Of a DNA stretch of 64,000 bases, positions 37,141-46,240 are shown one piece after another. Numbering within the stretch: position 1 is the first letter of the stretch; each line of letters opens with the position of its first letter. Below the pieces are notes generated by a model. That model searched no databases. It was not told where the DNA came from and saw nothing but the letters and a program-made list of their open reading frames with translations. The DNA is from a virus. Where the stretch lies: positions 48,715-112,714 of IMG/VR virus record IMGVR_UViG_3300037483_001012; one strand, given 5' to 3'. The position numbers and the translations under genes were made by a program.

Positions 37141-38142
37141 TTAATGCGTCACAAACGCGATGCGCCGACGGCTGCTCCAGCAAAGCGTGCAAGACGAGCA
37201 ACTCTCGGTCTTTGGTATTTCAGGATGTGTTGCCGACGGAAGTTGGCTTGGACAGATGATCGCGTCGGCTGGATTCTGATACGGATGTTCGATCGATATC
37301 GTCGCCGGCACCCCGGCCGAGGCATCTGGCGCGTCCGAAAATCGGATAGCGAAGCGCGCCCACTGTTCTTTGACCAGCACTCGTAACGCGATGCCGATGT
37401 CGTCGGTGTGCCGCGCACTGTAACCAAATACGTTCAGCGCCGGCGCTTGCTCGAGAAGAACGCGCCAGAGGTTTACATACCGGACAGAGAAGAAATCCCC
37501 GAGCACGTGCAGCCTGACGACAAAGCCGCTCGGATAGCCACGCTGTAATCCAATAACTTCCTCGACGAGCCGCCGTTCAAAATCCGGGCTCTCGTGAGAG
37601 ATGCGGTGCCCGAGATATGTCCCATTACCAAAACACGATCTCCAGTGATGGCAGGTCTTCGGACACGTCTTCCGCTCCTCAAGCGTGAGCGTGAAGACCG
37701 GCATTCCCTTCCACTTTCCCTTTAGGATCGTGCCGCCGATCTTCGATTGATTGGTGCCGGGCTTAAGCAGGCGCTTCCCGCTCAGGTCATGGATCACGGT
37801 GTCGGGATAAAGTGTGGTGCCGTTCATGATCGCCGGGTGATCGATCGGCGGCATTCCCATCGCGCGCTTGCCGTGCAGCGATCCATGGACGAAACGGCTT
37901 TTTGATTTAAGCCCTTCCGCCTCTCTCTCCGCCTTCAGCTTTACCGCGCCGGTGCGTACCAGTCGGACATACGTCGCGCTGCATTTAAGACGTGCGGCGA
38001 TCTCCCGGTCCGACAAATCATGAGGCGCCGCGGCTAGTATGCGAACAAGATCGTGGTCGACGCGCCTGCGCCGCTTCTTCGCCGGAGCGGCGACCGGGCG
38101 CACATTCACATCCAGGGCGGTGAGGCGATCGACGAGGTTCAT
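37141..38142 (-). CDS. Gp88-like Fe-S/radical-SAM-related phage protein with N-terminal HTH
   Basis: TCPKTCHHWRSCFG, VRLHVLGDF, ICP.Q...CSSCTLC...FVTH. Confidence 0.65.
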   Translation of the reverse strand: MNLVDRLTALDVNVRPVAAPAKKRRRRVDHDLVRILAAAPHDLSDREIAARLKCSATYVRLVRTGAVKLKAEREAEGLKSKSRFVHGSLHGKRAMGMPPIDHPAIMNGTTLYPDTVIHDLSGKRLLKPGTNQSKIGGTILKGKWKGMPVFTLTLEERKTCPKTCHHWRSCFGNGTYLGHRISHESPDFERRLVEEVIGLQRGYPSGFVVRLHVLGDFFSVRYVNLWRVLLEQAPALNVFGYSARHTDDIGIALRVLVKEQWARFAIRFSDAPDASAGVPATISIEHPYQNPADAIICPSQLPSATHPEIPKTESCSSCTLCWSSRRRIAFVTH

Positions 38143-38807
38143 GGCACCACCGTCGGCGCGTACCAGATGCGTGGCGACACTCTGTCGCCAAGCCACGTCT
38201 GCTGCCACAAAAACCATGTGTGGCTCTCCGTCGGCCCTGTTTTTTTCTCTCCCTTGCCATTGCATTTTGCGCACTTGTCATCGCCGATTTTTCCGGACCC
38301 ACCACATGGCTTGCACGGCACCGGCTTATCGAACCATTTGATGCGCTTGGTCAGGACAATGCGGCCGGCGAACTGCGGACAGTCACGGAAAAGATGCGCG
38401 CGACCGCCGGCGGAATCAAAATCCACCGGCAGCAGCATCGCCATGAAGCCGTAATCGGCGATGCACGTCAGTCCCTTTTCGATGAACTTCTCGGCGAGTT
38501 TGCACCGCTCGCCATAGGGCGGGTTGGTGATGATGCCGTCGTAGTGCACGAGGCCGGGACAGTTGCCCGGCGCCATAAAATCATGGACAATTTCTTGATG
38601 CTCATAGCCGTAGTCGTGGACGTCGGTGCTGTAGACCGATGCGCCGTGCGCGCGGATCGCCTCGACCATTTCGCCGGTGCCGCATGCCGGCTCCCATATC
38701 GTTTTTGATTTTAGGTTAACGACTTCGGCAAGCGCGTCGATCACCCACGCCGGCGTTGGGTAAAAGCTACGTTCCTTTTTCTCGTATCCGGAATCGCGGC
38801 GCGACAT
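38139..38807 (-). CDS. Amino (N6/N4) DNA methyltransferase with zinc-finger insert
   Basis: FYPTP, WEPACGTG, ITNPPY; CKPCGGSG..CAKCNGKG insert. Confidence 0.85.
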   Translation of the reverse strand: MSRRDSGYEKKERSFYPTPAWVIDALAEVVNLKSKTIWEPACGTGEMVEAIRAHGASVYSTDVHDYGYEHQEIVHDFMAPGNCPGLVHYDGIITNPPYGERCKLAEKFIEKGLTCIADYGFMAMLLPVDFDSAGGRAHLFRDCPQFAGRIVLTKRIKWFDKPVPCKPCGGSGKIGDDKCAKCNGKGEKKTGPTESHTWFLWQQTWLGDRVSPRIWYAPTVVP

Positions 38808-38891
38808 CGTGTTGCCCTGCGATCGCTCGATCGCGGTTTGGTTTTCAAAAACACGCGAAGTCCGCGCCGATACGCAGCCGCGGTGAGGGGC

Positions 38892-39101
38892 TCAGCCGCC
38901 CCCGAGTTCGTTTTCTTCCCGGTATTCAGCGGCATCGCGCGCGCAGGCGCGGCTGATGCGGTCGTTCTCGACCCCCGCCCAGTAGTCGTAAAGATCGTCG
39001 TACCACTGGGCCTGATCGGCCGGTGACATCGCCGCGAATTCAATCCCGCCCAGTTCGGGGTTGAACTTCTTCTTCGCCGGCGCCTGAGCTTGTTCCGCCA
39101 T
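38892..39101 (-). CDS. Hypothetical protein
   Basis: GAGG RBS, MAEQAQ. Confidence 0.6.
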   Translation of the reverse strand: MAEQAQAPAKKKFNPELGGIEFAAMSPADQAQWYDDLYDYWAGVENDRISRACARDAAEYREENELGGG

Positions 39102-39109
39102 CGCCCGCC

Positions 39110-39682
39110 TCAATCTTTTTCGGCCGAAGCCAAGGCGCTATCCGATATGCTGGCCATAGCGTGCACTGCATCAGGACGCGGGCTATAAGGTTCCTGGTCA
39201 TGAACAATCTGGGCGGCCTGGCGCGCTCGGCTGATTGCATCGGTCGTTTCACGGGCGGTACCTACCGTACTTTTGAGGCGCGCTTCAGCAGCGTCGCGCT
39301 GGCATATTGCGTCGGTGACGACAAAGATGCGAGCGAGCCAGGTCCACCACTTCGGGCGCGCGTCACCCATGGCGTCGATCAAGAAATCCATCCCGTGCTC
39401 GGAATGGAGCAGCGCCCAAACCGCTTCCGACGGCAGCCGATCCTTGCTCAGCCAGTATTCGCAGGTGCGTACCGGCTCGCCAGTGATTTGATGCAGGTAA
39501 ATCGCGGTCTTTACGGGGTACAGCGCGCGCACGCGGCGGAGCACCCTACCATTCGACCGCAAGAACTTGCGGTCTCCGCGCAAATTTTCGGCGCTTTGTT
39601 CTTTCGGTAAATTTGCCTTCACCGACGTGACGGCCGATGGTCCGCTCGTAACGAGTGAATGAGGTGACCGTGCGTAAGACAT
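39110..39682 (-). CDS. Hypothetical protein in the CII position
   Basis: Directly downstream of cro; HTH-like TGEPVRTCEYWL. Confidence 0.6.
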   Translation of the reverse strand: MSYARSPHSLVTSGPSAVTSVKANLPKEQSAENLRGDRKFLRSNGRVLRRVRALYPVKTAIYLHQITGEPVRTCEYWLSKDRLPSEAVWALLHSEHGMDFLIDAMGDARPKWWTWLARIFVVTDAICQRDAAEARLKSTVGTARETTDAISRARQAAQIVHDQEPYSPRPDAVHAMASISDSALASAEKD

Positions 39683-39684
39683 TG

Positions 39685-39945
39685 CTAAGCGAGCTCCGCG
39701 ACGACCGGCGCCGGATAGAGGTCGCGGCGGAGGTGATGGCGAGGAACGCCAAACAGCTCCTCGATCTGCAGCACCTTCTCGGCCGCAATCCCCTTCTTCG
39801 AGGTGGTCAGCCAGTATTGGATCAAGCTCTGGGAGACGCCGATGGCGTCGGCCAGCTTTTCCTGGGTGCCGGCCAATTCAATCGCGTTCTCCAGGCCGGC
39901 CCGGGAAATCGCAAGGTTTTCACTCGGTTCATTCATACGCACCAC
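39685..39945 (-). CDS. cro: Cro/YdaS-like regulator
   Basis: AGTQEKLADAIGVSQSLIQYW...LRRDLY; divergent from cI. Confidence 0.85.
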   Translation of the reverse strand: MVRMNEPSENLAISRAGLENAIELAGTQEKLADAIGVSQSLIQYWLTTSKKGIAAEKVLQIEELFGVPRHHLRRDLYPAPVVAELA

Positions 39946-39948
39946 AAC

Positions 39949-39967
39949 ATATCAGTTTTCTGTTGCG
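39949..39967. promoter_or_regulatory. Candidate repressor operator
   Basis: ATATCA-N6-TGTTGCG, repeated at 41666-41684. Confidence 0.5.
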
Positions 39968-40057
39968 GTCAAGCAATCAATACCAATTATCTGGCAATGA
40001 CCAGCAGAAATCTGTGGGGCAAATCATCCTCTGGGATTTTTGGATAATTGTAACGTT

Positions 40058-40810
40058 ATGAAAAAGCGAAAAAAAACATCTAAAGTCGTAAATTTGGAAC
40101 TGGGTAAGCGGGTGGCAGTGGCGCGGCGCGCCGTAAGCCCTCCCATGACCCAGGTTGAATTGGCGAAAGCCGCCGGACTGACCCAAACCGCGATCGCGGA
40201 GATCGAGGCCGGCCGGATCAGGCGACCGAAGAAACTGCGAGAACTCGCGCGGGCGTTGAAAGTGTCAGAAGCTTCACTTCTTGGTGAACAAGAAGAAAAT
40301 GCCTCCGGAAATTCATTTATTTATGGTCAACTTGGGACCGTCGAAATACCGGTGGTGGGTCGCGTCGAGCCGGGGGTATTCCGTGTGCATGAACAGTTCG
40401 ATGATGTCGCGCCGGCGACGATCGTCGGCGCCCAGGACGCAAGGTTTCCTGGCGCTAAAATCGTAGCTTTTGTAGTTGGCGGCGATAGTATGGTGGGTCG
40501 TAACATCCACGATGGCGATATCGCCATTACCGTCGATTTTGCCGACAGCCACCTTCCCCTTCGCGATCGGATGGTCGTGGTCGTCCAAAGAACCCGCGAC
40601 GGCGGGCAGACCTTGGAATGGACGATCAAGGAGGTCGAGACCCACCGCGACCATATCGACCTGATCCCGCGCTCTCCGAATAAGCGATACAAGCCGATCA
40701 TCGTAAAATCTGATTACAATCCCATAACCGGTGGGTTGGCGGACGATGGCGCCGAAATCAAGATCCTTGCGGTGGTGCTGAGGGTTACCAAGGAAATTGA
40801 GGTTCGGTAA
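40058..40810 (+). CDS. cI: CI-like repressor (HTH + S24 peptidase)
   Basis: MTQVELAKAAGLTQTAIAEIEAG; VGGDSM and TIK catalytic dyad. Confidence 0.9.
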   Translation: MKKRKKTSKVVNLELGKRVAVARRAVSPPMTQVELAKAAGLTQTAIAEIEAGRIRRPKKLRELARALKVSEASLLGEQEENASGNSFIYGQLGTVEIPVVGRVEPGVFRVHEQFDDVAPATIVGAQDARFPGAKIVAFVVGGDSMVGRNIHDGDIAITVDFADSHLPLRDRMVVVVQRTRDGGQTLEWTIKEVETHRDHIDLIPRSPNKRYKPIIVKSDYNPITGGLADDGAEIKILAVVLRVTKEIEVR

Positions 40811-41190
40811 TGCAGAAATTACTGATTCTATTGTGGTTTTTTATGCTGGCGGGCTGCGCCGGCGGCTATACGCCAACACCGCCACCACCGGCCTCGAGCC
40901 TGGTCGCCCCCGTCACCTATCGGGGCCCGATCGCCGCGCAGTTCAAGGCGACCCTCCGGGATCCGACAAGCGTTCGTGACGCTCGTATCTCACAGCCGTT
41001 TGTCAGGCATATGGGCGCCGGCGAGCGTTACGTGGTTTGCGTCCGGTTGAACGCGAAAAACGGGTTTGGAGGCTATTCTGGACCGGTCGATCGGCTTGCC
41101 GTTTTTGTCGGCGGTGAATTGCTGAGCATTGTCCCGACGGTGGCCGGCGAGTGCCGAGAGGTGGCGATGACGCCGTTTTCTGAGATTTGA
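40810..41190 (+). CDS. Lipoprotein, co-transcribed with cI
   Basis: LAGC lipobox; VCVRLNAKNGFGGYSG. Confidence 0.8.
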   Translation: MQKLLILLWFFMLAGCAGGYTPTPPPPASSLVAPVTYRGPIAAQFKATLRDPTSVRDARISQPFVRHMGAGERYVVCVRLNAKNGFGGYSGPVDRLAVFVGGELLSIVPTVAGECREVAMTPFSEI

Positions 41191-41665
41191 TGTCTATAGA
41201 AGTTATTGTAATATAAGGTTTATATAGAAAGGAAGAGAGAGACAGCCGCTCTTCTGTTTTGCTGGGTAGTCGGTTCGGTTGCGGTCCAGGAAGACGAGAC
41301 CCAGCCTCCGCACAAGGCAGAGGTGGACCGTCATCCCGGGGGCCTCGTACTGCCAGGGCAGTTCGGACGGCGCATGCCAGGAGCACTTCCCCGGGGGCGG
41401 AGAAGACGCTGGGCGACTTTTTCCGCGGTCCCCCGCGGGTTGGGTGGGCTCTACCCTGGTTAGACGATGCCCACGGCCGGCGCTGGCCAACATTCCGTCC
41501 ATCGCGCCTTGCAGCACCACGCGAGCGGACCGGTCCCCGTATGACCCGCGCGGTTCGACGCCCGCGATTCGGGCGCCGCACACACCAATTTTCACGATTA
41601 TTTCCGGGCAGTTACGCCGCGCCGGTACCCCACTTACCCACAAAGCCTGACATCGCCGCAAAAAA

Positions 41666-41707
41666 ATATCAAATAATTGTTGCGCTCCATAATTTTACTG
41701 ATAGCTT
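41666..41707 (+). promoter_or_regulatory. Candidate PL-like promoter with overlapping operator
   Basis: TTGCGC-16-TAGCTT in an AT-rich tract; the operator-like copy at 41666-41684 overlaps the -35. Confidence 0.45.
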
Positions 41708-41736
41708 GGGTTGAGATTTTGAGGGTCACCAATCCG

Positions 41737-42045
41737 ATGCGAAATTCCGAGATAGTGCGGCCGAGCGCCGCGCGCCCATCGATCGAAAACCATTCGACTA
41801 TTCATGGATTTCGGGGAAATCCGCTAGCGGTGACAAACGCTTGGCCGGCCCCACAACCGGTGGTCCAAAACTCGATTGGTGCCACGGCACGCAACCGCCG
41901 CATCAGTGGTACCGTCGCCGTCTCCCTGTGGATAGCGGGCAAAGTTCTCCGCGCGCCGCCGGCGCTCGTCGGTTTGGCGCTGGCCGCCGCCTGTCTCGCC
42001 GCCATCGCCGGTCTAGTGGCGGCCCACCATTCAGGAGTTTTCTGA
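41737..42045 (+). CDS. Hypothetical membrane protein
   Basis: C-terminal TM; TGATG overlap with the next gene. Confidence 0.5.
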   Translation: MRNSEIVRPSAARPSIENHSTIHGFRGNPLAVTNAWPAPQPVVQNSIGATARNRRISGTVAVSLWIAGKVLRAPPALVGLALAAACLAAIAGLVAAHHSGVF

Positions 42046-43370
42046 TGTCGGAAAAACCGGTCGCCGCCTATCGGCTGCACGCCCTCCAGGTCGAGAACTT
42101 CAAACGATTGGTCGCCGTCGACATCAGGCCGGACGGCCGGATCGTCCAGATCACCGGGAAAAATTCAAGCGGCAAGAGTTCGTGTCTCGACGCAATTTGG
42201 AGTGCGATCGGCGGCCGGGCCGCCATCCAGTCGCAGCCCATTCGGAAGGGCCAAGACGAGGCGCTAATCAAACTCGACCTCGGCCACCTCAAAGTGAAGC
42301 GCACGTTTAAGGCCGTGAAGGAAGGCGACTACACCACCACCCTGACCGTGACCAGCGCCGAAGGCGCCAAGTTTTCCAACCCACAGGCGATCCTGGATAG
42401 CTTGCTATCCTCGCTGGCGGTGGATCCCCTCGCCTTCACCCGCATGAGGCCGAAAGACCAATTCGAACAGCTCCGCGCCATGGTGCCGGGGTTCGACTTC
42501 GAGCGTTCCGACGGTCTGAGCGCCGCGGACTACGACTCCCGCAAAGAGATCAACACCAAGGTCAAGTCGCTACGCGCCCAGGCAGCGGCAATCGTCGTCC
42601 CGGAAGCGCTGCCGGCCGCGGTCGATGAGGCCGCCCTCGTCTCCGATCTCGAGAGGGCCGGCAGCCACAACGCGGCGATCGAGCGCGACCGGTCCGCGCG
42701 CGAAAAACTGTTTCAACTTGTCGAATTATGCCGCCGTGACGCGGCCGCCGCGCGCGCCAACGCCGAGCAGTTGCGAAAAGAAGCCGACGCGGCGGATGCA
42801 ACAGCGGCTGAAAACGACCGTATCGGCAACGAGCACGCCGCACAGATTGCCGAACTCCCATCGCTGCCAGACCCAATTGACGCTTCCGCGGTCAGCGCCG
42901 CGCTCAACGCCGCCCGCATGACCAACGCGACACTGGCCGCGGCAACGCGGCGCGACGACCTTATCGCCGACGCCGAGATCGCCGAGGCGCAGGCCAATGC
43001 GCTCACCGACGCGATCGAGGCGCGCGAGAAAGCCAAGCAGGACGCCATCGCCAAGGCAAATCTGCCGGTGCCAGGCCTCGCTTTGGGCAATGGCGAGGTG
43101 CTGCTCAACGGCGTGCCGTTCGAACAAGCAAGTTCCGCCGAGCAACTCAGGGCGTCGATCGGCATTGCGATGCGTGGCGATGCCAAGCTTCGGCTTTGTT
43201 TGATAAAGGACGGCTCGCTGCTCGACGAGGATTCCATGAAATTGCTCGCCGACATGGCTGAGGAGCAGAACTTCGACGTCATCATGGAGGTGGTCGACTC
43301 GAGCGGTGAGATCGGCGTGGTGATTGAAGATGGCAGAGTTAAAAACCAAAAGCTTGAGGCGGCGGAATAA
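42045..43370 (+). CDS. SMC/Rad50-like ABC ATPase
   Basis: VENFKRL, GKNSSGKSS, coiled coil, ASSAEQ signature, IKDGSLLD. Confidence 0.88.
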   Translation: MSEKPVAAYRLHALQVENFKRLVAVDIRPDGRIVQITGKNSSGKSSCLDAIWSAIGGRAAIQSQPIRKGQDEALIKLDLGHLKVKRTFKAVKEGDYTTTLTVTSAEGAKFSNPQAILDSLLSSLAVDPLAFTRMRPKDQFEQLRAMVPGFDFERSDGLSAADYDSRKEINTKVKSLRAQAAAIVVPEALPAAVDEAALVSDLERAGSHNAAIERDRSAREKLFQLVELCRRDAAAARANAEQLRKEADAADATAAENDRIGNEHAAQIAELPSLPDPIDASAVSAALNAARMTNATLAAATRRDDLIADAEIAEAQANALTDAIEAREKAKQDAIAKANLPVPGLALGNGEVLLNGVPFEQASSAEQLRASIGIAMRGDAKLRLCLIKDGSLLDEDSMKLLADMAEEQNFDVIMEVVDSSGEIGVVIEDGRVKNQKLEAAE

Positions 43371-43372
43371 CC

Positions 43373-43627
43373 ATGACGCATTCTGGCGGCAAACCACACA
43401 CGAATATTGGTGATCGCGGCCAGCGATACGAAATCCGATCGACTGGATATCCCAAAACCGTTGCCGATAGTGAGGGAACCGCCGTCATCGGATGGTCGGA
43501 CACACTCGAAGGCGCTGACAAAATGGCTGCGGCGATACGGACGCACCCCAACTGTATCAGCACCACGATATTCGACCGGCAAGAGAGCAAGCCGGTCATC
43601 ACGCGGTTCGCGGGGATTTTGCGATGA
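43373..43627 (+). CDS. Hypothetical protein
   Basis: ORF in operon. Confidence 0.65.
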   Translation: MTHSGGKPHTNIGDRGQRYEIRSTGYPKTVADSEGTAVIGWSDTLEGADKMAAAIRTHPNCISTTIFDRQESKPVITRFAGILR

Positions 43628-44271
43628 CAAATAATACCACCACACAACCTGACGCTGAAATCTTCAAACACCTGTTCGGCGGCTACCGCGAAGCCGAGGC
43701 GCGCCGCTGGAAAAATCCGGATGGCAGCGAAGGCGGCATCGTCGCAGTTTCGGCGAACGTCCACGCCGACATCAAACTGCCGGCCGATGTTGTCGTCTGG
43801 CCGAACGCCAGGATATCGAAAGACGTTTCCATCGGCGCCCGCACGTCCATCGGCGCCCGCACGTCCATCGGCTACGGCACGTCCATCGGCGCCCGCACGT
43901 CCATCGGCGCCCGCACGTCCATCGGCGACGGCACGTCCATCGGCGACGGCACGTCCATCGGCGCCCGCACGTCCATCGGCGACGGCACGTCCATCGGCGC
44001 CGGCGTTAGCCTTGAGGCCGATGACTGGTGGGGCTGCGTCGGTCCGCAGGGCTCGCGCAATGCCTTTATGACCTATTCGTGGTCCACAAAGTATGGCTTG
44101 CGTTTTTGGGTTGGCTGCCAACACGGCATCACCGCTACCGATCTGCGCGAGCGGGTGCGGCTCGAACACGGCGACACCCCGCATGGGGATGACTATCGCT
44201 ATGCGATTACGTTCGTCGAAAATCATCCCGGTTTGAAACGCGCCATAGCGATGGCAAAGCCGAAGGAGTGA
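43624..44271 (+). CDS. Hexapeptide-repeat (left-handed beta-helix) protein
   Basis: SIG(AR/DG/YG)T repeats; C-terminal VG..GSRN...GC..G domain. Confidence 0.8.
   Translation: MTNNTTTQPDAEIFKHLFGGYREAEARRWKNPDGSEGGIVAVSANVHADIKLPADVVVWPNARISKDVSIGARTSIGARTSIGYGTSIGARTSIGARTSIGDGTSIGDGTSIGARTSIGDGTSIGAGVSLEADDWWGCVGPQGSRNAFMTYSWSTKYGLRFWVGCQHGITATDLRERVRLEHGDTPHGDDYRYAITFVENHPGLKRAIAMAKPKE
43828..44007 (+). repeat. 18-bp tandem repeat, 9 full units + 1 degenerate
   Basis: TCCATCGGC(GCCC/GACG/TACG)GCACG. Confidence 0.95.
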
Positions 44272-44272
44272 C

Positions 44273-44632
44273 TTGGTGGCCGACGACCTCTTCACATATA
44301 GCCCACCAGCGGCGCGCTCCTATCAGGAGACGTCTCGCGAGGCACTTCAGAAGAGCAAGCGCCACAAGGGTGATCTCGACTTGGCAATCATGCGCGCCAT
44401 CGCCGCGAACGCCGCGGCCGGCGGCGACGGGATCATCTGCGAAGCGATCGAAATCTTTGTCGGAAAGAAGCACCAAGCGGTGTCCGGCAATCTCCGCCAT
44501 CTGGTCGAGGATGGGTTTGTCAAGTTCACCGGGCGACACGGGAAGACGTCTTCCAATCGGAAGGCGATGAAATGGGCGCTCACGGAAGATGGGCGCCGGG
44601 CGCTCGCTGAGAACAAGGAGTGCGTAGCGTGA
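44273..44632 (+). CDS. wHTH-like hypothetical protein
   Basis: HQAVSGNLRHLVEDGFV...R.A..W. Confidence 0.65.
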   Translation: MVADDLFTYSPPAARSYQETSREALQKSKRHKGDLDLAIMRAIAANAAAGGDGIICEAIEIFVGKKHQAVSGNLRHLVEDGFVKFTGRHGKTSSNRKAMKWALTEDGRRALAENKECVA

Positions 44633-45039
44633 TGAAAAGGCCTTCCAAATTGCCAAACCCGATCGACAAGCACGTGGGCTCGCGCGTGCGCATGCGCCGG
44701 ATGATGCTGAGCATGAGTCAGGAAAAGCTCGGCGACGCCCTCGGCCTGACCTTCCAGCAAGTCCAGAAATACGAGAAGGGCACCAACCGTATCGGCGCCA
44801 GCAGGCTCCAGAATATCGCCAATATCCTGCAGGTCCCTGTGGCGTTCTTCTTCGAGGGCGCGCCAGGTGGCAAGCAGACCGCTGGGCTGCCGGAAGTGTG
44901 CTCGCCGGCGACGGTCGATGAATTCCTCACCACCTCCGATGGCCTGACGCTCACCGGCGCCTTCATGCGCGTCAAAAGCGACAAGACGCGCCGGCGCATC
45001 GTGCAATTGGTTGAGCAAATTGCGGACGGAGACAAGTAA
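44632..45039 (+). CDS. XRE-family HTH regulator, alphaproteobacterial chromosomal type
   Basis: PNPIDKHVGSRVRMRR...SQEKLGDALGLTFQQVQKYEKGTNRIGASRL. Confidence 0.92.
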   Translation: MKRPSKLPNPIDKHVGSRVRMRRMMLSMSQEKLGDALGLTFQQVQKYEKGTNRIGASRLQNIANILQVPVAFFFEGAPGGKQTAGLPEVCSPATVDEFLTTSDGLTLTGAFMRVKSDKTRRRIVQLVEQIADGDK

Positions 45040-45281
45040 TGACCGACGTCACCACGCGGCTTCGAAAGCTCGTCGCCGAACATCTTGGTCTCGACGAGGA
45101 AAAAGTGGTCGACTCCGCTGCGCTGGTCGACGATCTCGGTGCCGACAGTCTCGACGCATTCGAGATTAAACTTTACGCAGAGGAAGAGTTTCGCGTCGAC
45201 GTCACGGACGACGCGGTGGTCAACGCCATCACGTTCGGCGACCTCGTAAAGGTTATCAAAAAAGCGGTGGGGACCAAATGA
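45039..45281 (+). CDS. acpP: Acyl carrier protein
   Basis: VAEHLG...DDLGADSLD...EEEF; phosphopantetheine Ser intact. Confidence 0.9.
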   Translation: MTDVTTRLRKLVAEHLGLDEEKVVDSAALVDDLGADSLDAFEIKLYAEEEFRVDVTDDAVVNAITFGDLVKVIKKAVGTK

Positions 45282-46240
45282 TCGAGGCGCGACCTTACAT
45301 CACTGGAACGAAAATCTCCGAGCCGGGGATGTATTCGGGTGTGCCGATTACGCTGTACCACGGCTATCGCGAAGACGGCGCCATTTATGATCTTTGCGAC
45401 GCACCGTCGATCTCGTCGACCGGCTTGCGGACCATCTTCAGCCCCGACACCAGCGCCGCGCATTACTGGGATGGCTCGGTTTACAATCCGGAAGGCCAGC
45501 CTCGCAAGGAAACCGAGGCTAAGCTTCTCGGCCGCGCAACGCATCACCTTCTGCTCGGCGAGGCGAATTTCAAAACACAATACGTCATCCGGCCCGAAAA
45601 ACTGCTTGGGAAGGACTGGCACGGCAGTAGGAACGATTGCAAGGCGTGGATCGCCGAACATGAACTACAAGGACTCACAATCCTAGGGCCGAGCCTGGGC
45701 GCTCGTATTCTTGGCATGGCGAAGGCCATCGACCGGCATCCATTCGCAAAGGAAGCGTTGCGCGGGCAAATCGAGCGCACACTAGTCTGGAAAGACCCGG
45801 ACACCGGCGTATGGCTGCGCGCCCGTCCCGACGTTATCACCGGCGCCTCGACAGACTATTGCGATCTCAAATGCACCGCGTCCGTGTCCGACGACGCGAT
45901 CGAAAAAACGATCGGCGACTACGGGTACCACCAGCAAGGCGCGCTGGTGCAAGAAGGCGCGGAGATGTTGCTCGGTCAAGCCGACACCAGTTTTCATGAC
46001 ATCTTCGTGGAGAGCGAGCGGCCGCATTGCGTCCGGCCCGTCACGCTCAAGCCCGAGGATCTGGCCGACGGTCGCAAATACAACAAAGCGGCGACAAAGA
46101 AGTTTGCGCGCTGCCTGCAATCCGGCGTGTGGGATGGCCCAAGTGGCGACCGCAAAGACGCCGAATACGTCGGCGTCAAAGGATGGACCAAAAAACAAAA
46201 CGATTTGCGGCTCGCCGAGCTGCAGCGGGAGGCAGCATGA
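45278..46240 (+). CDS. recE: RecE/ExoVIII-like PD-(D/E)XK exonuclease
   Basis: SISSTGL, LGRATH, RARPD...DLKC, YGYHQQ. Confidence 0.85.
   Translation: MIEARPYITGTKISEPGMYSGVPITLYHGYREDGAIYDLCDAPSISSTGLRTIFSPDTSAAHYWDGSVYNPEGQPRKETEAKLLGRATHHLLLGEANFKTQYVIRPEKLLGKDWHGSRNDCKAWIAEHELQGLTILGPSLGARILGMAKAIDRHPFAKEALRGQIERTLVWKDPDTGVWLRARPDVITGASTDYCDLKCTASVSDDAIEKTIGDYGYHQQGALVQEGAEMLLGQADTSFHDIFVESERPHCVRPVTLKPEDLADGRKYNKAATKKFARCLQSGVWDGPSGDRKDAEYVGVKGWTKKQNDLRLAELQREAA

Noticed and set aside
43624-45281. LpxA/LpxD-like acyltransferase pathway from the hexapeptide protein plus ACP
   Set aside because: No LpxA/LpxD catalytic His context or helical domain seen, and the genes are separated by unrelated regulators.
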